Shown: positions 38,180 to 48,363 of the stretch, in pieces
Layout: each line of letters begins with the position of its first letter
Numbering within the stretch: position 1 is the first letter of the stretch
Assembly: GCA_016124735.1 (NCBI GenBank)
Contig: WGMZ01000024.1
Span: 1-64,000, forward strand
DNA length: 64,000 nucleotides
DNA from: Bacteroidota bacterium
GTDB taxonomy: Bacteria > Bacteroidota > Bacteroidia > UBA8524
Direction: 5' to 3'
The notes under the pieces: model-generated
Database searches by the model: none
Seen by the model: the letters and a program-made list of their open reading frames with translations, nothing else
Told to the model about the DNA's origin: nothing
Made by a program: the position numbers and the translations under genes

Positions 38180-39715
38180 CTAAAACTGAAAGTAAATAAA
38201 GGGCAATACATCGGCCTGAGCGACCTGCACTGCGATCCAAATGCTGATAGATACATACAAAGCCTGAACCACCAATGGAAGATTGCCATAATAATCCATC
38301 CAGCGACGAATGCGGGTATTCGGAATGAAGTGCAGGACAAAAGCCAACACGATCAGTCCGATAATTCTTTTGTAGCTAAGGAACAGCTCTTGCAGCGGAA
38401 CCTCGTTGCCTCCACCAATCATCTGACGAATAATTAATTCAGAAGTGGCAAAGTCGCTGGCCCGGAAAAAGATCCAGGCAAAACATACAATATGAAATGT
38501 AAGAATAACGCCCAGCACCTTTCTCCATTGGCTTTGTCCCGGCGGGAATTGTCGGAAAAAGAGTTTTTCAATGGCCAATACACTCCCGTGAATGCCTCCC
38601 CAGGCAACGAACTTCCAGCTGGCTCCATGCCAGAGTCCGCCTATCAGCATGGTGAGCAGAAGATTGATATAGGTTCTGATTTTCCCTTTTCTGTTGCCAC
38701 CGAGAGGAATGTACAGGTAGTCGCGCAACCATGAACTCAATGAAATATGCCAGCGTCGCCAGAATTCGGTGATGCTGCTGGATTGATATGGTGAATTGAA
38801 GTTATCAGGCAGATGAAAGCCCATCAGAATCGAAAGCCCAATGGCCATATCACTGTAGCCACTAAAATCGCAGTAGATCTGAAAGGCATAGCCATATACT
38901 CCCAACCAATTTTCAAAGGCACCGTATTGTAACGGGTTGTCGAAAACACGGTCGACAAAATTCACCGACAGATAATCGCTGATCACCACCTTTTTAAACA
39001 GTCCTCCGCATATAAGTATCATAGCCTTTCCCAAATCGGCCCTGGTCAGCTCAAGTCGCTTGTATATCTGCGGGATGAAATCGGCGGCCCGTACAATCGG
39101 GCCCGCCACCAACTGAGGAAAGAAACAAACGAAAAATCCAAAATCCAGTATGTTTTTAGCTGGAACGAGCTGCCGGCGATATATGTCTATACTGTAGCTG
39201 AGGGTCTGAAAGGTATAGAAAGATATGCCCACCGGAAGGAAAATATCCAGGTTCGAATAATCACTTCCGGTCAGTAAATTCCAGTTATGTATCCCAAAGT
39301 TGGCATATTTAAAGTAGCAGAGAATACCCAGGTTGCTGATAAGACTGAAGCTGAGATAGAGCCGTCGGATATTTTGCCGCGTTTCCCTATAGAGCAGGTT
39401 GCCAATCTGGTAATCGATCAGGGTGGAAAGTATCAGTACCCAAAAATAGAATCCGGAGCTTTTATAATAGAAGAAGAGCGAAAACAGGGCAGTGTATAAG
39501 ACCTGCAATGTCTTTTGTTTTCGGATGAGAATATAGACACCGAAAAAAACGAGGAACAACAGCAGAAAAAGTCCGCTGCTGAATACCATCGGTTCCTTGG
39601 GATTGTAAATGAAGATTTCCCTGAGTTTATGGATGTCCAGCAGCTCGGTAAGCTTCATAACCTTCAAATAAAGCGTTAAACAATAGTTGTCCCTGCAAAC
39701 GGTAACCCGAGGCAC
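38180..39715 (-). CDS. MBOAT family membrane-bound O-acyltransferase (AlgI/DltB/PatA-like)
   Basis: 511 aa, multi-TM. Conserved His region GGLWHGASWKFVAWGGIHG. Confidence 0.85.
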   Translation of the reverse strand: MPRVTVCRDNYCLTLYLKVMKLTELLDIHKLREIFIYNPKEPMVFSSGLFLLLFLVFFGVYILIRKQKTLQVLYTALFSLFFYYKSSGFYFWVLILSTLIDYQIGNLLYRETRQNIRRLYLSFSLISNLGILCYFKYANFGIHNWNLLTGSDYSNLDIFLPVGISFYTFQTLSYSIDIYRRQLVPAKNILDFGFFVCFFPQLVAGPIVRAADFIPQIYKRLELTRADLGKAMILICGGLFKKVVISDYLSVNFVDRVFDNPLQYGAFENWLGVYGYAFQIYCDFSGYSDMAIGLSILMGFHLPDNFNSPYQSSSITEFWRRWHISLSSWLRDYLYIPLGGNRKGKIRTYINLLLTMLIGGLWHGASWKFVAWGGIHGSVLAIEKLFFRQFPPGQSQWRKVLGVILTFHIVCFAWIFFRASDFATSELIIRQMIGGGNEVPLQELFLSYKRIIGLIVLAFVLHFIPNTRIRRWMDYYGNLPLVVQALYVSISIWIAVQVAQADVLPFIYFQF

Positions 39716-41066
39716 TGAAATGGACTTTATCGCGGGCTGTTAGTCCGGCATGATACCAGGAGATCATAGACCCATAACCACCCATCACCGTATTCAAATC
39801 CCAAAAAGCGGCATATCGGTTCTCTGCATAGCTCTTTATAGTAGATTGAATCATGAGGTTACGGGGGTTTTTGTAGCGGCGACGTTTGTAAGTGTCGGGC
39901 TGACTGCAAAGCAAGATGGCAGCTCCTGGGTTTTTTGCAGCCAGGGTGCTTACCAGACTGTCCATCCATCCGTAAAACTCGGTTTCGTTTAATTCCGTGG
40001 CAAAGGATTCATTTGTGCCCAATGAGTAGATGATGAGGTCGGGTTTCAGTTCACTGACTTGCTCAGTAAAATAAGCGGCCTTGCAGTAATGCGAAAACTG
40101 CGCGCCATTCACTCCGAGAGTATGATAAAGTATGCCATTGCTCCGGGTGTTTTCGAGGCTGATTCCGTAGATGATTCCCGATTGCTGTGTTTCGTTGGCG
40201 GGAAGGTGCCGAATGTATACACTGGTCGATAAACTGGGAAGTAAACATGCCACAGCCACCGGTCCATCACTTGCGGGCAGGCAGTATATGTCGTTATAAT
40301 CGATGTCTTGCTGAACAACGGGACGGTATACCACACCAACAATGAGTTTTTGTCCGGGACGAATCAAATCGCTGTGCAAATGATTCCAGTCTTTGATTTG
40401 GCTCACTGTGGTATGGCTGTTCCGGGCAATGATACCCAAATTTTCGCCGCTTCTCACGGTATGAAAGCGGTAGCCGTCCATGCTATTGCTTTGTTTGATA
40501 TCAGGGATGTCCACGCCCAGCGCCAAATCAAAATACTGACGTCCTGGCTGTCGAAAAACTGTGACTTTATCAAACTGATAATTCAAAGCTTCTTCGTCGC
40601 TTAATCTGAGATACACCAGTGCATCGGTATCGGATGAACTCAGGGTGATTCCACCCAGTCCGATAGGCAAATCCTGGTCGGGAAATACCACCCGTTTGGA
40701 ATCCCATTTTCCATAAGCGCCGGTTTTATAATCGGCAGGACCATTTGTTTTTGCAGCCCGATAGGGAAAAACAAAACCGCGTCCCGCATTCCCGAAAACC
40801 AGTTGCAACAGGCGACGCAATTCACCACTGAAATAATCAGCCTGCAAGTGCGAATCGCCAATATGAACAATGCGAACCTGCTTCCGTTTTCCTTCATTCA
40901 ATTCATTCAGTTTTCCGTAAAAACCGTCCAACGCATGGACCTGTTCAATTCTGTTGCTGTCGGTAAGCAGAAAGGGATATTCCGCATGAAGCACTGAATC
41001 GCTTTGCGCAGTTACGCTACCCATCCATCCTATCAATACTGCCAGCAGTCCAATTCCTTTCCTCAT
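39627..41066 (-). CDS. SGNH/GDSL hydrolase-fold protein with LysM domain
   Basis: 479 aa. Signal peptide. VHIGDSH (GDS catalytic Ser block). LysM segment (YRFHTVRSGENLGIIARNSHTTVSQIKDWN). DxxH-like block near the C-terminus. Confidence 0.7.
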   Translation of the reverse strand: MRKGIGLLAVLIGWMGSVTAQSDSVLHAEYPFLLTDSNRIEQVHALDGFYGKLNELNEGKRKQVRIVHIGDSHLQADYFSGELRRLLQLVFGNAGRGFVFPYRAAKTNGPADYKTGAYGKWDSKRVVFPDQDLPIGLGGITLSSSDTDALVYLRLSDEEALNYQFDKVTVFRQPGRQYFDLALGVDIPDIKQSNSMDGYRFHTVRSGENLGIIARNSHTTVSQIKDWNHLHSDLIRPGQKLIVGVVYRPVVQQDIDYNDIYCLPASDGPVAVACLLPSLSTSVYIRHLPANETQQSGIIYGISLENTRSNGILYHTLGVNGAQFSHYCKAAYFTEQVSELKPDLIIYSLGTNESFATELNETEFYGWMDSLVSTLAAKNPGAAILLCSQPDTYKRRRYKNPRNLMIQSTIKSYAENRYAAFWDLNTVMGGYGSMISWYHAGLTARDKVHFSASGYRLQGQLLFNALFEGYEAYRAAGHP

Positions 41067-42538
41067 TCTTTATTCGCTTCCATTAAAAAGTCATACAACA
41101 TATTTCCCACCGCATTCGCTCCGCGAAAATTCAGGTGGGTATAATCTTTATTGGCCAAAGGTTTTTCAGCTTCGGTCCATTCAATCATAGAGCCTTCTCC
41201 ACCCATGGCAGAATACAGATTCCAAAAAGCCACGCCTGTTTTTTTAGCCACTTTGTATTGGGTTTTCAGCACCCGGTAAACCGAAGGATCGCTTACCATT
41301 ACATCTCCTTTTTTGAATCCTTTGTCGGCTACTCCAATCAATAAGATGGAAGCTTGAGGGAAACATTTTTGATAATGCCGTACCACCCGGGTCATGGCAT
41401 GCTCGTACCAGCCATATTTCATCGTACTTGCACTAATCACATTGATGCCAAAGTGCAATACAATCAAATCCGGTTTCAGATAGGAATTAAATCCTTTGAG
41501 CATAGGGGTGGAGATGCGTGTTTGGGCCATTCCTGAATTTCCACGCAGGCTCAGGTTATCGAGAATGACGCCATTTTCGCTTTCCAAGCTGACTCCATAG
41601 AATAAGGTGTTGCCTGCCGAGTCTAATTGAATGCGCGCAAAATTGATCAGGGTGTCTTTGAGTAGAATCTGACTCACCAGGGAAGTATCATTCAAAGGAA
41701 AAGTTTGAGCCGGGTTATGGTTAAGACTCACCATAGCAATTGCCTTTTTCGAACCCTTGCCATAGAAGAGTCGCATTTGCTTCCATCCTTTTTTTCCTTT
41801 CGGTGCAGCAAAGCTGGCATACAGCGGACTTGAATTGCTGTCGGGCTCCTCAATCATGTATTCACCGTTGAGTCCGAACGGCGCCTTTTTCATCTTGGCA
41901 TTTTTCACCAGAGAAAAATATTCCCAGGGACCTCCAAATTTGTGGACCACAGTTCTGCGGAATCCTGCCGTGATTGAAATATATGGAACGAATCCTACGC
42001 CTGACCCGCCAAATAGCTTCTGGAATTTCGCACGAATGGTTTGGGTGATCAGATCGCCTTCAATCATCGAATCGCCCCAATAGGAGATCCGTACTTTTTT
42101 GCCCGGATCTTTTTTCAAAGCATTCAGCGCATCGAAGAATTTTCTCAGGTGGGCGAGGTTGGCTGTGTCGGGAATAACGGCCGAATCATTGGCAAACCAG
42201 GCTTCATCTACATAGGCCAATGGAGGTAAGCTGTCTGAAACGGTGGCAGTATCTGCCAGCAATTCGGTGCTGTCTGGTAAACTGTCCAGTTGATCGAACA
42301 CGGAGCTATCGATTGGTTCTGCAACCATGATTCCCGGATCATCCGTTTTTAAGTAATAGGTAATGAAATTGCTGTTCTTGAAATATTCGTTCAGGAAAGG
42401 AAGAAAGGGGTAGGCCCATTGCACCACCAATAGTATCAGGCAGGCGAGGAGAAGCACCAGATAGGATCGTACAACAATTCGTTGGCCCATGAGTTCCACA
42501 AAGGTATACGCCAGAGTCAGAAGCCCGAAAGAAGTCAT
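41063..42538 (-). CDS. SGNH/GDSL hydrolase-fold protein
   Basis: 491 aa. N-terminal TM. YWGDSMIEG block. 4-nt overlap with the downstream gene. Confidence 0.6.
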   Translation of the reverse strand: MTSFGLLTLAYTFVELMGQRIVVRSYLVLLLACLILLVVQWAYPFLPFLNEYFKNSNFITYYLKTDDPGIMVAEPIDSSVFDQLDSLPDSTELLADTATVSDSLPPLAYVDEAWFANDSAVIPDTANLAHLRKFFDALNALKKDPGKKVRISYWGDSMIEGDLITQTIRAKFQKLFGGSGVGFVPYISITAGFRRTVVHKFGGPWEYFSLVKNAKMKKAPFGLNGEYMIEEPDSNSSPLYASFAAPKGKKGWKQMRLFYGKGSKKAIAMVSLNHNPAQTFPLNDTSLVSQILLKDTLINFARIQLDSAGNTLFYGVSLESENGVILDNLSLRGNSGMAQTRISTPMLKGFNSYLKPDLIVLHFGINVISASTMKYGWYEHAMTRVVRHYQKCFPQASILLIGVADKGFKKGDVMVSDPSVYRVLKTQYKVAKKTGVAFWNLYSAMGGEGSMIEWTEAEKPLANKDYTHLNFRGANAVGNMLYDFLMEANKE

Positions 42539-42653
42539 TCACAAAATGTTAATAGCCTTTGTGCCCGGATTGTTTGCTTCCGGTATTCTGGTTTGGTAAC
42601 TTTGCCAAACCTTTTAAAACAACACCTGTTTTAGAATAATCAGTTTAAAATAT

Positions 42654-43298
42654 ATGACAGTATTAGTAGGAAAAAGGGCCCCTTATTTTGAGGCTGACGC
42701 CGTGGAGAACGGTGGTGATTTTGTAGAGAATTTTTCTCTGGCACAATACGAAGGAAAGAAACATGTGGTATTCTTTTTTTATCCATTGGATTTCACTTTT
42801 GTATGCCCAACAGAAATTATCGCATTTCAGAAGAGAATAAAAGAGTTTGAAGAACGTGGAACAGCGGTTGTAGGTTGTTCTATCGACTCCAAATTCACTC
42901 ATTGGGCCTGGTTAAATACCCCTCAAAACGATGGAGGAATACAAGGGGTTGAATTCCCATTGGTTGCTGATGTAAATAAGACCATTGCCAATAACTACGG
43001 TGTATTGGCCGGATACTACGATTACACCGAAGAAGGCCAGATGGTATTTATTGGCGATAATGGCAACGACGCAGTGGCTTACCGGGGATTGTTCCTGATC
43101 GACAAAGAAGGAATCGTACGTCACCAAATTGTGAACGACCTTCCGTTGGGACGTAGCATCGACGAAGCATTGCGCATGATCGACGCTCTTCAATATTTTG
43201 AGGAAAAAGGCGAAGTATGTCCGGCCGATTGGGAAAAAGGCAAAGACGGACTCGTTGATACCGCAGAAGGTATTGCATCTTATCTTTCCACTCACTAG
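42654..43298 (+). CDS. typical 2-Cys peroxiredoxin (AhpC/Tsa family)
   Basis: 214 aa. Peroxidatic Cys in FTFVCPTEI. Resolving Cys in EVCPADW. Confidence 0.9.
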   Translation: MTVLVGKRAPYFEADAVENGGDFVENFSLAQYEGKKHVVFFFYPLDFTFVCPTEIIAFQKRIKEFEERGTAVVGCSIDSKFTHWAWLNTPQNDGGIQGVEFPLVADVNKTIANNYGVLAGYYDYTEEGQMVFIGDNGNDAVAYRGLFLIDKEGIVRHQIVNDLPLGRSIDEALRMIDALQYFEEKGEVCPADWEKGKDGLVDTAEGIASYLSTH

Positions 43299-43346
43299 GA
43301 ACAGTCGACGGTCAATGGTCGATAGTCCTCAGTAAGAGTACAAATA

Positions 43347-43375
43347 ACTGACAAGACGCCTCGGGAAACCGGGGC
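43347..43375 (+). terminator. rho-independent terminator after the peroxiredoxin gene
   Basis: GCCTCGGGAAACCGGGGC hairpin followed by TTTTT. A second copy of the same element lies at 43568..43596. Confidence 0.5.
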
Positions 43376-43599
43376 TTTTTGGTTTATGGTTTATGGTTTA
43401 TTGTTTAGAGTTTTAGCGGTGTAACAGGATAGGATTTGTTGCAGGAATATATCTTTAACCCAGGTATGTACAGATGCTTTCGTTGGGATACAGAGTGATA
43501 ATTGCATCGCTCTAACACATATCGCTCAGGCCTTCCGGGCCGAGCGATTCCTGACAAGACGCCTCGGGAGACCGGGGCTTTTTGGTTTATGGTTTATAG

Positions 43600-43672
43600 T
43601 TTATTGTTTAGGGTGTCTTGTTTGTGGCGGATTGCATTATCCGGCAGCATCGCAATGAATTGCTTCCGGGGA
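43600..43672 (+). repeat. direct repeat flanking the TlpA-like cassette (left copy)
   Basis: GGTTTATAGTTTATTGTTTAGGGTGTCTTGTTTGTGGCGGATTGCATTATCCGGCAGCATCGCAATGAATTGC. The right copy is at 44945..45016. Confidence 0.7.
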
Positions 43673-43701
43673 TTATGTTTTTTGCCGGTAGTGAGTTGGA
43701 A

Positions 43702-44856
43702 CTAATTCTGTTTTTTTAATGCTTCAATTTCCATCAATAATTCAGGATTGATTTTATTGTGGTATCCCGGCTCAATATATTTCACAATACCGAAACGGTC
43801 GATTAGAATAAGTTCCGGGAAGAATTGTACCCGATACAAATTTTTAGCAGTGACCATATCGCTTTGCAATATGTCGTACCGTATGTCGTGCGAACGTGCA
43901 AAAGCATTCAAGAAGCTGTCATTTTGATTTATAACAGAGATTCCCAGAACCTGAGAATCATACCTTCGAATCAAACTGTCAAGTCGATTATTATTTGGAA
44001 TGCTGGCCACACATGGACCACAGCTAGTGTACCAAAAATCTAAAACCAAGGAAGATCTGCCCAATTGCAATATTGAGATGGAGTCACCACCTATATTTTT
44101 AAACATCAATGGAAAGAGGGTGTCGCCCACAGCAAGGCTTTTAGTGGATTCGGTCTGTGTAATTTGTTCTGGAAGAGTACTGGGATCGATATGATCTAGT
44201 ACTGCTGATTTCTTTTTTTCAAAAGAATCGATGCTTAAATAATTTAGTTTATAACAATCAGAAAAGTCTTGACCATTCCATTTCTCAGTTATTTCAAACC
44301 TGCATATATCATAGGTGGCAGAATCAATCCAGAGGTGCCTGAATCTGCTTGAAATGCGAAGGTTCAATCTTTTATCGACTTGATCAGGAAAATGAATTGT
44401 GAAGAGATAGCAACGACGTCCATTTATAAAGGTGTCTAGACGTGTAAGCGTTTTTTTATTTAGTCGAAATAGGAAAGGTTGGATGGCTAGATCATTTTCA
44501 TTCGATGGTAGAAATCCGAAGCTTTGGTTCTCAAGATTTTTTGTCGAATAATGGTGCAATTGCATGCGTGACTTCTCCAGACTATAATTCCAGGTAGTGT
44601 CTTTGTTTATTTTCGATAATTGATTGGTAAAGAGAAAATATTTGGTTTGGGCACTTTCATCGTACCAAATGATTAGGGAACTCGTATCCACATTGTATAC
44701 CCATGGGTGAATTCTTATTTCCTCAACCCGAATGGGTAAGTTTAACTTGTTATCATAATTTTTCGCGCATTTTTTGAGGATGACTTTTGAAGATTGGCCT
44801 GAAGTCAGAATAGGTGCTATAAGTACGAATTGAAAAACAAATCTGATAAGCTTCAT
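43702..44856 (-). CDS. TlpA/ResA-like thiol-disulfide oxidoreductase with N-terminal domain of unknown function
   Basis: 384 aa. Signal peptide. C-terminal thioredoxin-fold with WYTSCGPC active site. The gene is markedly AT-rich relative to its neighbours. Confidence 0.65.
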   Translation of the reverse strand: MKLIRFVFQFVLIAPILTSGQSSKVILKKCAKNYDNKLNLPIRVEEIRIHPWVYNVDTSSLIIWYDESAQTKYFLFTNQLSKINKDTTWNYSLEKSRMQLHHYSTKNLENQSFGFLPSNENDLAIQPFLFRLNKKTLTRLDTFINGRRCYLFTIHFPDQVDKRLNLRISSRFRHLWIDSATYDICRFEITEKWNGQDFSDCYKLNYLSIDSFEKKKSAVLDHIDPSTLPEQITQTESTKSLAVGDTLFPLMFKNIGGDSISILQLGRSSLVLDFWYTSCGPCVASIPNNNRLDSLIRRYDSQVLGISVINQNDSFLNAFARSHDIRYDILQSDMVTAKNLYRVQFFPELILIDRFGIVKYIEPGYHNKINPELLMEIEALKKQN

Positions 44857-44944
44857 GTACTCAAATATACATATAGTTCAATAGTGTTCATTTTATGGTT
44901 TTGCTACATGTTTTTTAATCTTAAAGCGTTGCGATGTTTTGGTT

Positions 44945-45016
44945 AATGGTTTATTGTCTAGGGTTTGTGGCGGATTGCATTATCCGGTAGCATCGCAATG
45001 CATTGCGATGCTACCG
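44945..45016 (+). repeat. direct repeat (right copy) containing a perfect 30-bp palindrome
   Basis: GGTTTATTGTCTAGGGTTTGTGGCGGATTGCATTATCCGGTAGCATCGCAATG|CATTGCGATGCTACC. The palindrome lies at 44987..45016. Confidence 0.7.
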
Positions 45017-45552
45017 GGGTTGCCGGCCGTTTTTGGTTTATTGTTTATGGTTTAAGGTTGAGCGTTTTTGCAGGGTAAATGGATGCGGATAGTGCATGTT
45101 TAAACCGGCAGCAGAAAATCCTTCTATTGGTAATAAATTCAATTAATTTTATCCGGCCAGGCGAACCTGAAAATGATTGAACATCTCTAAAACGGTCAAC
45201 CTTATTTAGGGATGTTCATGGTACTGGCGTCTGACGTCTGTTATCTGTCGTTTGGTGTAAGGTATTGGGCAATAGGTTAAAATTGATAAACTTAGGATTG
45301 GATTACCTAAGTTATTAACTTGAGTCAGTTCGAGCTTGTCGAGAACTGAAAGTGAATTAGCAGATCACTTCTCGACAGGCTCGAAGTGACTCGCACTGCT
45401 TTTCCAGTTCCTCTTAAACCCAAACTCTTAAATCCTCGCACTTGTGTCTGGTATCTGGTGTCTGTCGTCGGACATCTTAAAACACCACCTCCGCCAGATC
45501 GCGGCGAAGTAAACTTTTTAGTTTTTGACAATTCGTTGACAACTTGTACATT

Positions 45553-45585
45553 TTCCTGACAGGTTTTAAATAATCCCTGTGCTAC
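45553..45585 (+). promoter_or_regulatory. candidate Bacteroidota-type promoter for recA (TTG ... TAnnTTTG)
   Basis: TActTTTG at 45578-45585 sits about 22 nt upstream of the recA ATG, with TTG about 23 nt further upstream. Two TTGACAA direct repeats lie just upstream at 45524-45547. Confidence 0.25.
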
Positions 45586-45607
45586 TTTTGGTGAAAGAAT
45601 TTGAACT

Positions 45608-46645
45608 ATGGCAACTGCGGATAACAAAGAAAAGTTGAAAGCGCTTCAACTTACAATAGATAAACTGGAAAAGAACTACGGAAAAGGGGTCGTGATGCGT
45701 ATGTCGGATGATGCGAAGGTGGAAGGGATAAAAACAATATCTACAGGTTCCCTGGGCCTGGATATTGCCTTGGGTGTGGGAGGATTTCCTACCGGAAGAA
45801 TTATTGAAATATATGGTCCGGAATCCTCTGGTAAAACAACATTAGCCATGCATACGATTGCCGAAGCCCAGAAAAACGGAGGAATGGCTGCTTTTATTGA
45901 TGCGGAACACGCGTTTGACCGGTATTATGCGGAAAAATTGGGAATCAATACAGAGAACCTCCTGATAGCACAACCGGATGATGGAGAACAGGCTTTGGAA
46001 ATCGCAGAGAACCTGATTCGTTCGGGTGCAATTGATATCATTGTAATTGACTCTGTAGCAGCCCTTGTTCCCCGGGCTGAACTGGAAGGGGAGATGGGCG
46101 AATCAAAAATGGGACTTCAGGCCCGTTTGATGTCTCAGGCATTGAGAAAACTCACGGGGGCAATCAATAAAACCAATTGTATTTGCATATTTATCAATCA
46201 ACTGCGTGAGAAAATCGGGGTGATGTTCGGTAATCCGGAAACCACCACCGGAGGAAATGCGCTTAAATTTTATGCCTCAGTTCGTTTGGATATTCGTCGC
46301 ATCGGACAACTTAAAGACGGACTCGATGTGGTAGGTAACCGAACCAAAGTAAAGGTAGTGAAGAACAAAGTAGCTCCCCCATTCCGTGTCGTAGAATTTG
46401 ATATCATGTACGGGGCTGGTATATCCAAAGTGGGCGAAATCGTTGACCTCGGTGTGGATTTTGGAATTGTGAAGAAGAGCGGGTCCTGGTTCTCTTATAA
46501 CGATACAAAGCTCGGACAGGGCCGCGATTCAGTAAAAGAGTTGCTTCGCGATAACCCAGAATTAGCCGAAGAAATTGAACGTCAGGTGAAAGAATTAGCT
46601 ATGACTGGAAAAGTCGAGCAAAAGGTGGAAGTTGGTGAAGACTAG
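45608..46645 (+). CDS. recA: recombinase RecA
   Basis: 345 aa. Walker [14 protein letters not shown]. Canonical RecA core. Confidence 0.97.
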   Translation: MATADNKEKLKALQLTIDKLEKNYGKGVVMRMSDDAKVEGIKTISTGSLGLDIALGVGGFPTGRIIEIYGPESSGKTTLAMHTIAEAQKNGGMAAFIDAEHAFDRYYAEKLGINTENLLIAQPDDGEQALEIAENLIRSGAIDIIVIDSVAALVPRAELEGEMGESKMGLQARLMSQALRKLTGAINKTNCICIFINQLREKIGVMFGNPETTTGGNALKFYASVRLDIRRIGQLKDGLDVVGNRTKVKVVKNKVAPPFRVVEFDIMYGAGISKVGEIVDLGVDFGIVKKSGSWFSYNDTKLGQGRDSVKELLRDNPELAEEIERQVKELAMTGKVEQKVEVGED

Positions 46646-46666
46646 TTTATCCTTCTTATAGCCAAA

Positions 46667-46700
46667 AAAAGGGACTCAATTATTGGGTCCCTTTATTTTT
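46667..46700. terminator. bidirectional rho-independent terminator
   Basis: An A-run, then the AAGGGAC ... GGTCCCTT hairpin, then TTATTTTTT. Lies between the convergent recA gene and the T9SS cargo gene. Confidence 0.55.
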
Positions 46701-46710
46701 TATAGCATTA

Positions 46711-48321
46711 CTAATGCTGGAGAATGAACTTAAAGCTTTCTTGACGTTCCAGCTCAGCATCCTCCAGTCTCAGGAAATAAATACCATTTGGAAGTGATGC
46801 AACCTCCACTGTAAAATCGCCCTGTGAGGAGCCGGATTGAATAGTTTGTCCGTTCGAATTGTAGATCGAATAGCGGACAAGCCGTTCATCTGAGATTAAT
46901 TCAATCTGCAGGTGATTGTTGGCGGGATTGGGATATATATTGGCTAGTCGTATTTCGTCTTTCGGTAGCACAAAGTCAACCCCACTTCCAGATTTCTTTC
47001 CCTGTGAAAAGCAATTTGCGGGGATTTGAGGTTTGGTAAACCACCGGTTAAAAATATCATCGACATCATTTTGAAGTTTTTGAACACTGCCAATAGCTCC
47101 ACCTGTGTTTGTTCGGGCGTAGGCAAATAGCAATAAAAGGCGAAAAGTATCTCCTTGCATCAGACTATCCTGGCCTGTAATACCCATCATCCGGTAATCG
47201 TCTGGTTGGAAACGTGGGTCATTGTCCATGCTCCATCCATTTTGACCGGCTCCCGGCATTCCGGTAAAATGATATTGAGAGTGAGTGCCAGCAGGAAATC
47301 CAGGGGCATTGATTTCCATGCTATCGCCCGAAGTGGACAAACCATATAATGCATTCCTGAATTCAATTTCATTGTTGGGAGTACGAAAGTCACTACTGTC
47401 TGAATTTTGCATCATACATGAAGCACACAAGGGTTGATTAATAAAAACTGTTGCGAATGCAGGAGGATTTAAGCCATAACCCGTAATTCCTTCGTCATCA
47501 TTGTCTCCGTTATAAACAAAGGTCATGTTTCGACTCGTATCTGTAGCAACATAGTCATCACTATAGTTTCCCAAATCATAGTCTGAAAATACTCCAACTC
47601 TAAATTGTCTTAAGTCCTGATTCTGACTAATTATTTTGTATTGAACAAAGACATAATCATTGATTTTGTCATTGGTTGCAAATGCATATGCTTGTGCCTG
47701 GATTTGTATACCTAATGGTTTTGATTTACTCAATGCATGTGGTACCATGTCATGGTAATAAAAAAGCAAAGATTGATCCCCATAGACAAATGGATAATCC
47801 TGGTCTTTTGGATTGTAATACCCATCGTGATTCACGTCTACATAAGGGGCAAGCCTTACGGTATCTCCTTTATAAACATAGTATGTTGGCCAATCTTTTA
47901 TATCCTGAGTAATATTTGAGGTGTCTAGGTTGATTTCTTGTATATCCGTTCTTGATAGATTAAATATTCGTTGATCTAAAATTGGCGTAAAACCCAAGCC
48001 TGCGCCAGGGGGAAGTACACCTTGACCGAAATCTGTTCCCTTTTGATGATACAAGTCGACAGAAATTAATGTATCCCCATTGCTATCGATTGCATGCAAC
48101 CAAAGTGTTGCCATAAAAATTGGGGACTTTTTAATATCACCACTACCAGCGACAACTTTTGGAACATTATATTGAGAAGTACCGTTCATATCCCAAAATA
48201 AACTTCCGTTAGAAACAATACGGGCACTTACATTATTGACATCTAAATTAGTCTGTGCCTGTGCAATAAGTTGGATTGAAAGGCAGAGGAACACCCAGCA
48301 AATAAGTAATCTCCGATTCAT
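46711..48321 (-). CDS. secreted T9SS cargo protein, hypothetical
   Basis: About 536 aa from MNRRLLICWVFLCLSIQLIAQAQ. C-terminal sorting domain (IYPNPANNHL...GIYFLRL). Confidence 0.6.
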   Translation of the reverse strand: MNRRLLICWVFLCLSIQLIAQAQTNLDVNNVSARIVSNGSLFWDMNGTSQYNVPKVVAGSGDIKKSPIFMATLWLHAIDSNGDTLISVDLYHQKGTDFGQGVLPPGAGLGFTPILDQRIFNLSRTDIQEINLDTSNITQDIKDWPTYYVYKGDTVRLAPYVDVNHDGYYNPKDQDYPFVYGDQSLLFYYHDMVPHALSKSKPLGIQIQAQAYAFATNDKINDYVFVQYKIISQNQDLRQFRVGVFSDYDLGNYSDDYVATDTSRNMTFVYNGDNDDEGITGYGLNPPAFATVFINQPLCASCMMQNSDSSDFRTPNNEIEFRNALYGLSTSGDSMEINAPGFPAGTHSQYHFTGMPGAGQNGWSMDNDPRFQPDDYRMMGITGQDSLMQGDTFRLLLLFAYARTNTGGAIGSVQKLQNDVDDIFNRWFTKPQIPANCFSQGKKSGSGVDFVLPKDEIRLANIYPNPANNHLQIELISDERLVRYSIYNSNGQTIQSGSSQGDFTVEVASLPNGIYFLRLEDAELERQESFKFILQH

Positions 48322-48363
48322 GCTCCGAAAATACACGTAGATTGGAGATTTAAGAAGAAAAAA

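Noticed and set aside
43600-45060. Integron attC sites flanking the TlpA-like cassette
   Set aside because: The repeats lack recognisable R''/L''/L'/R' core sites (GTTRRRY / RYYYAAC). No integrase is nearby. They are described only as direct repeats.
45325-45627. 100-aa minus-strand ORF upstream of recA
   Set aside because: Overlaps the recA start region with no recognisable features. Judged a chance ORF in a regulatory region.
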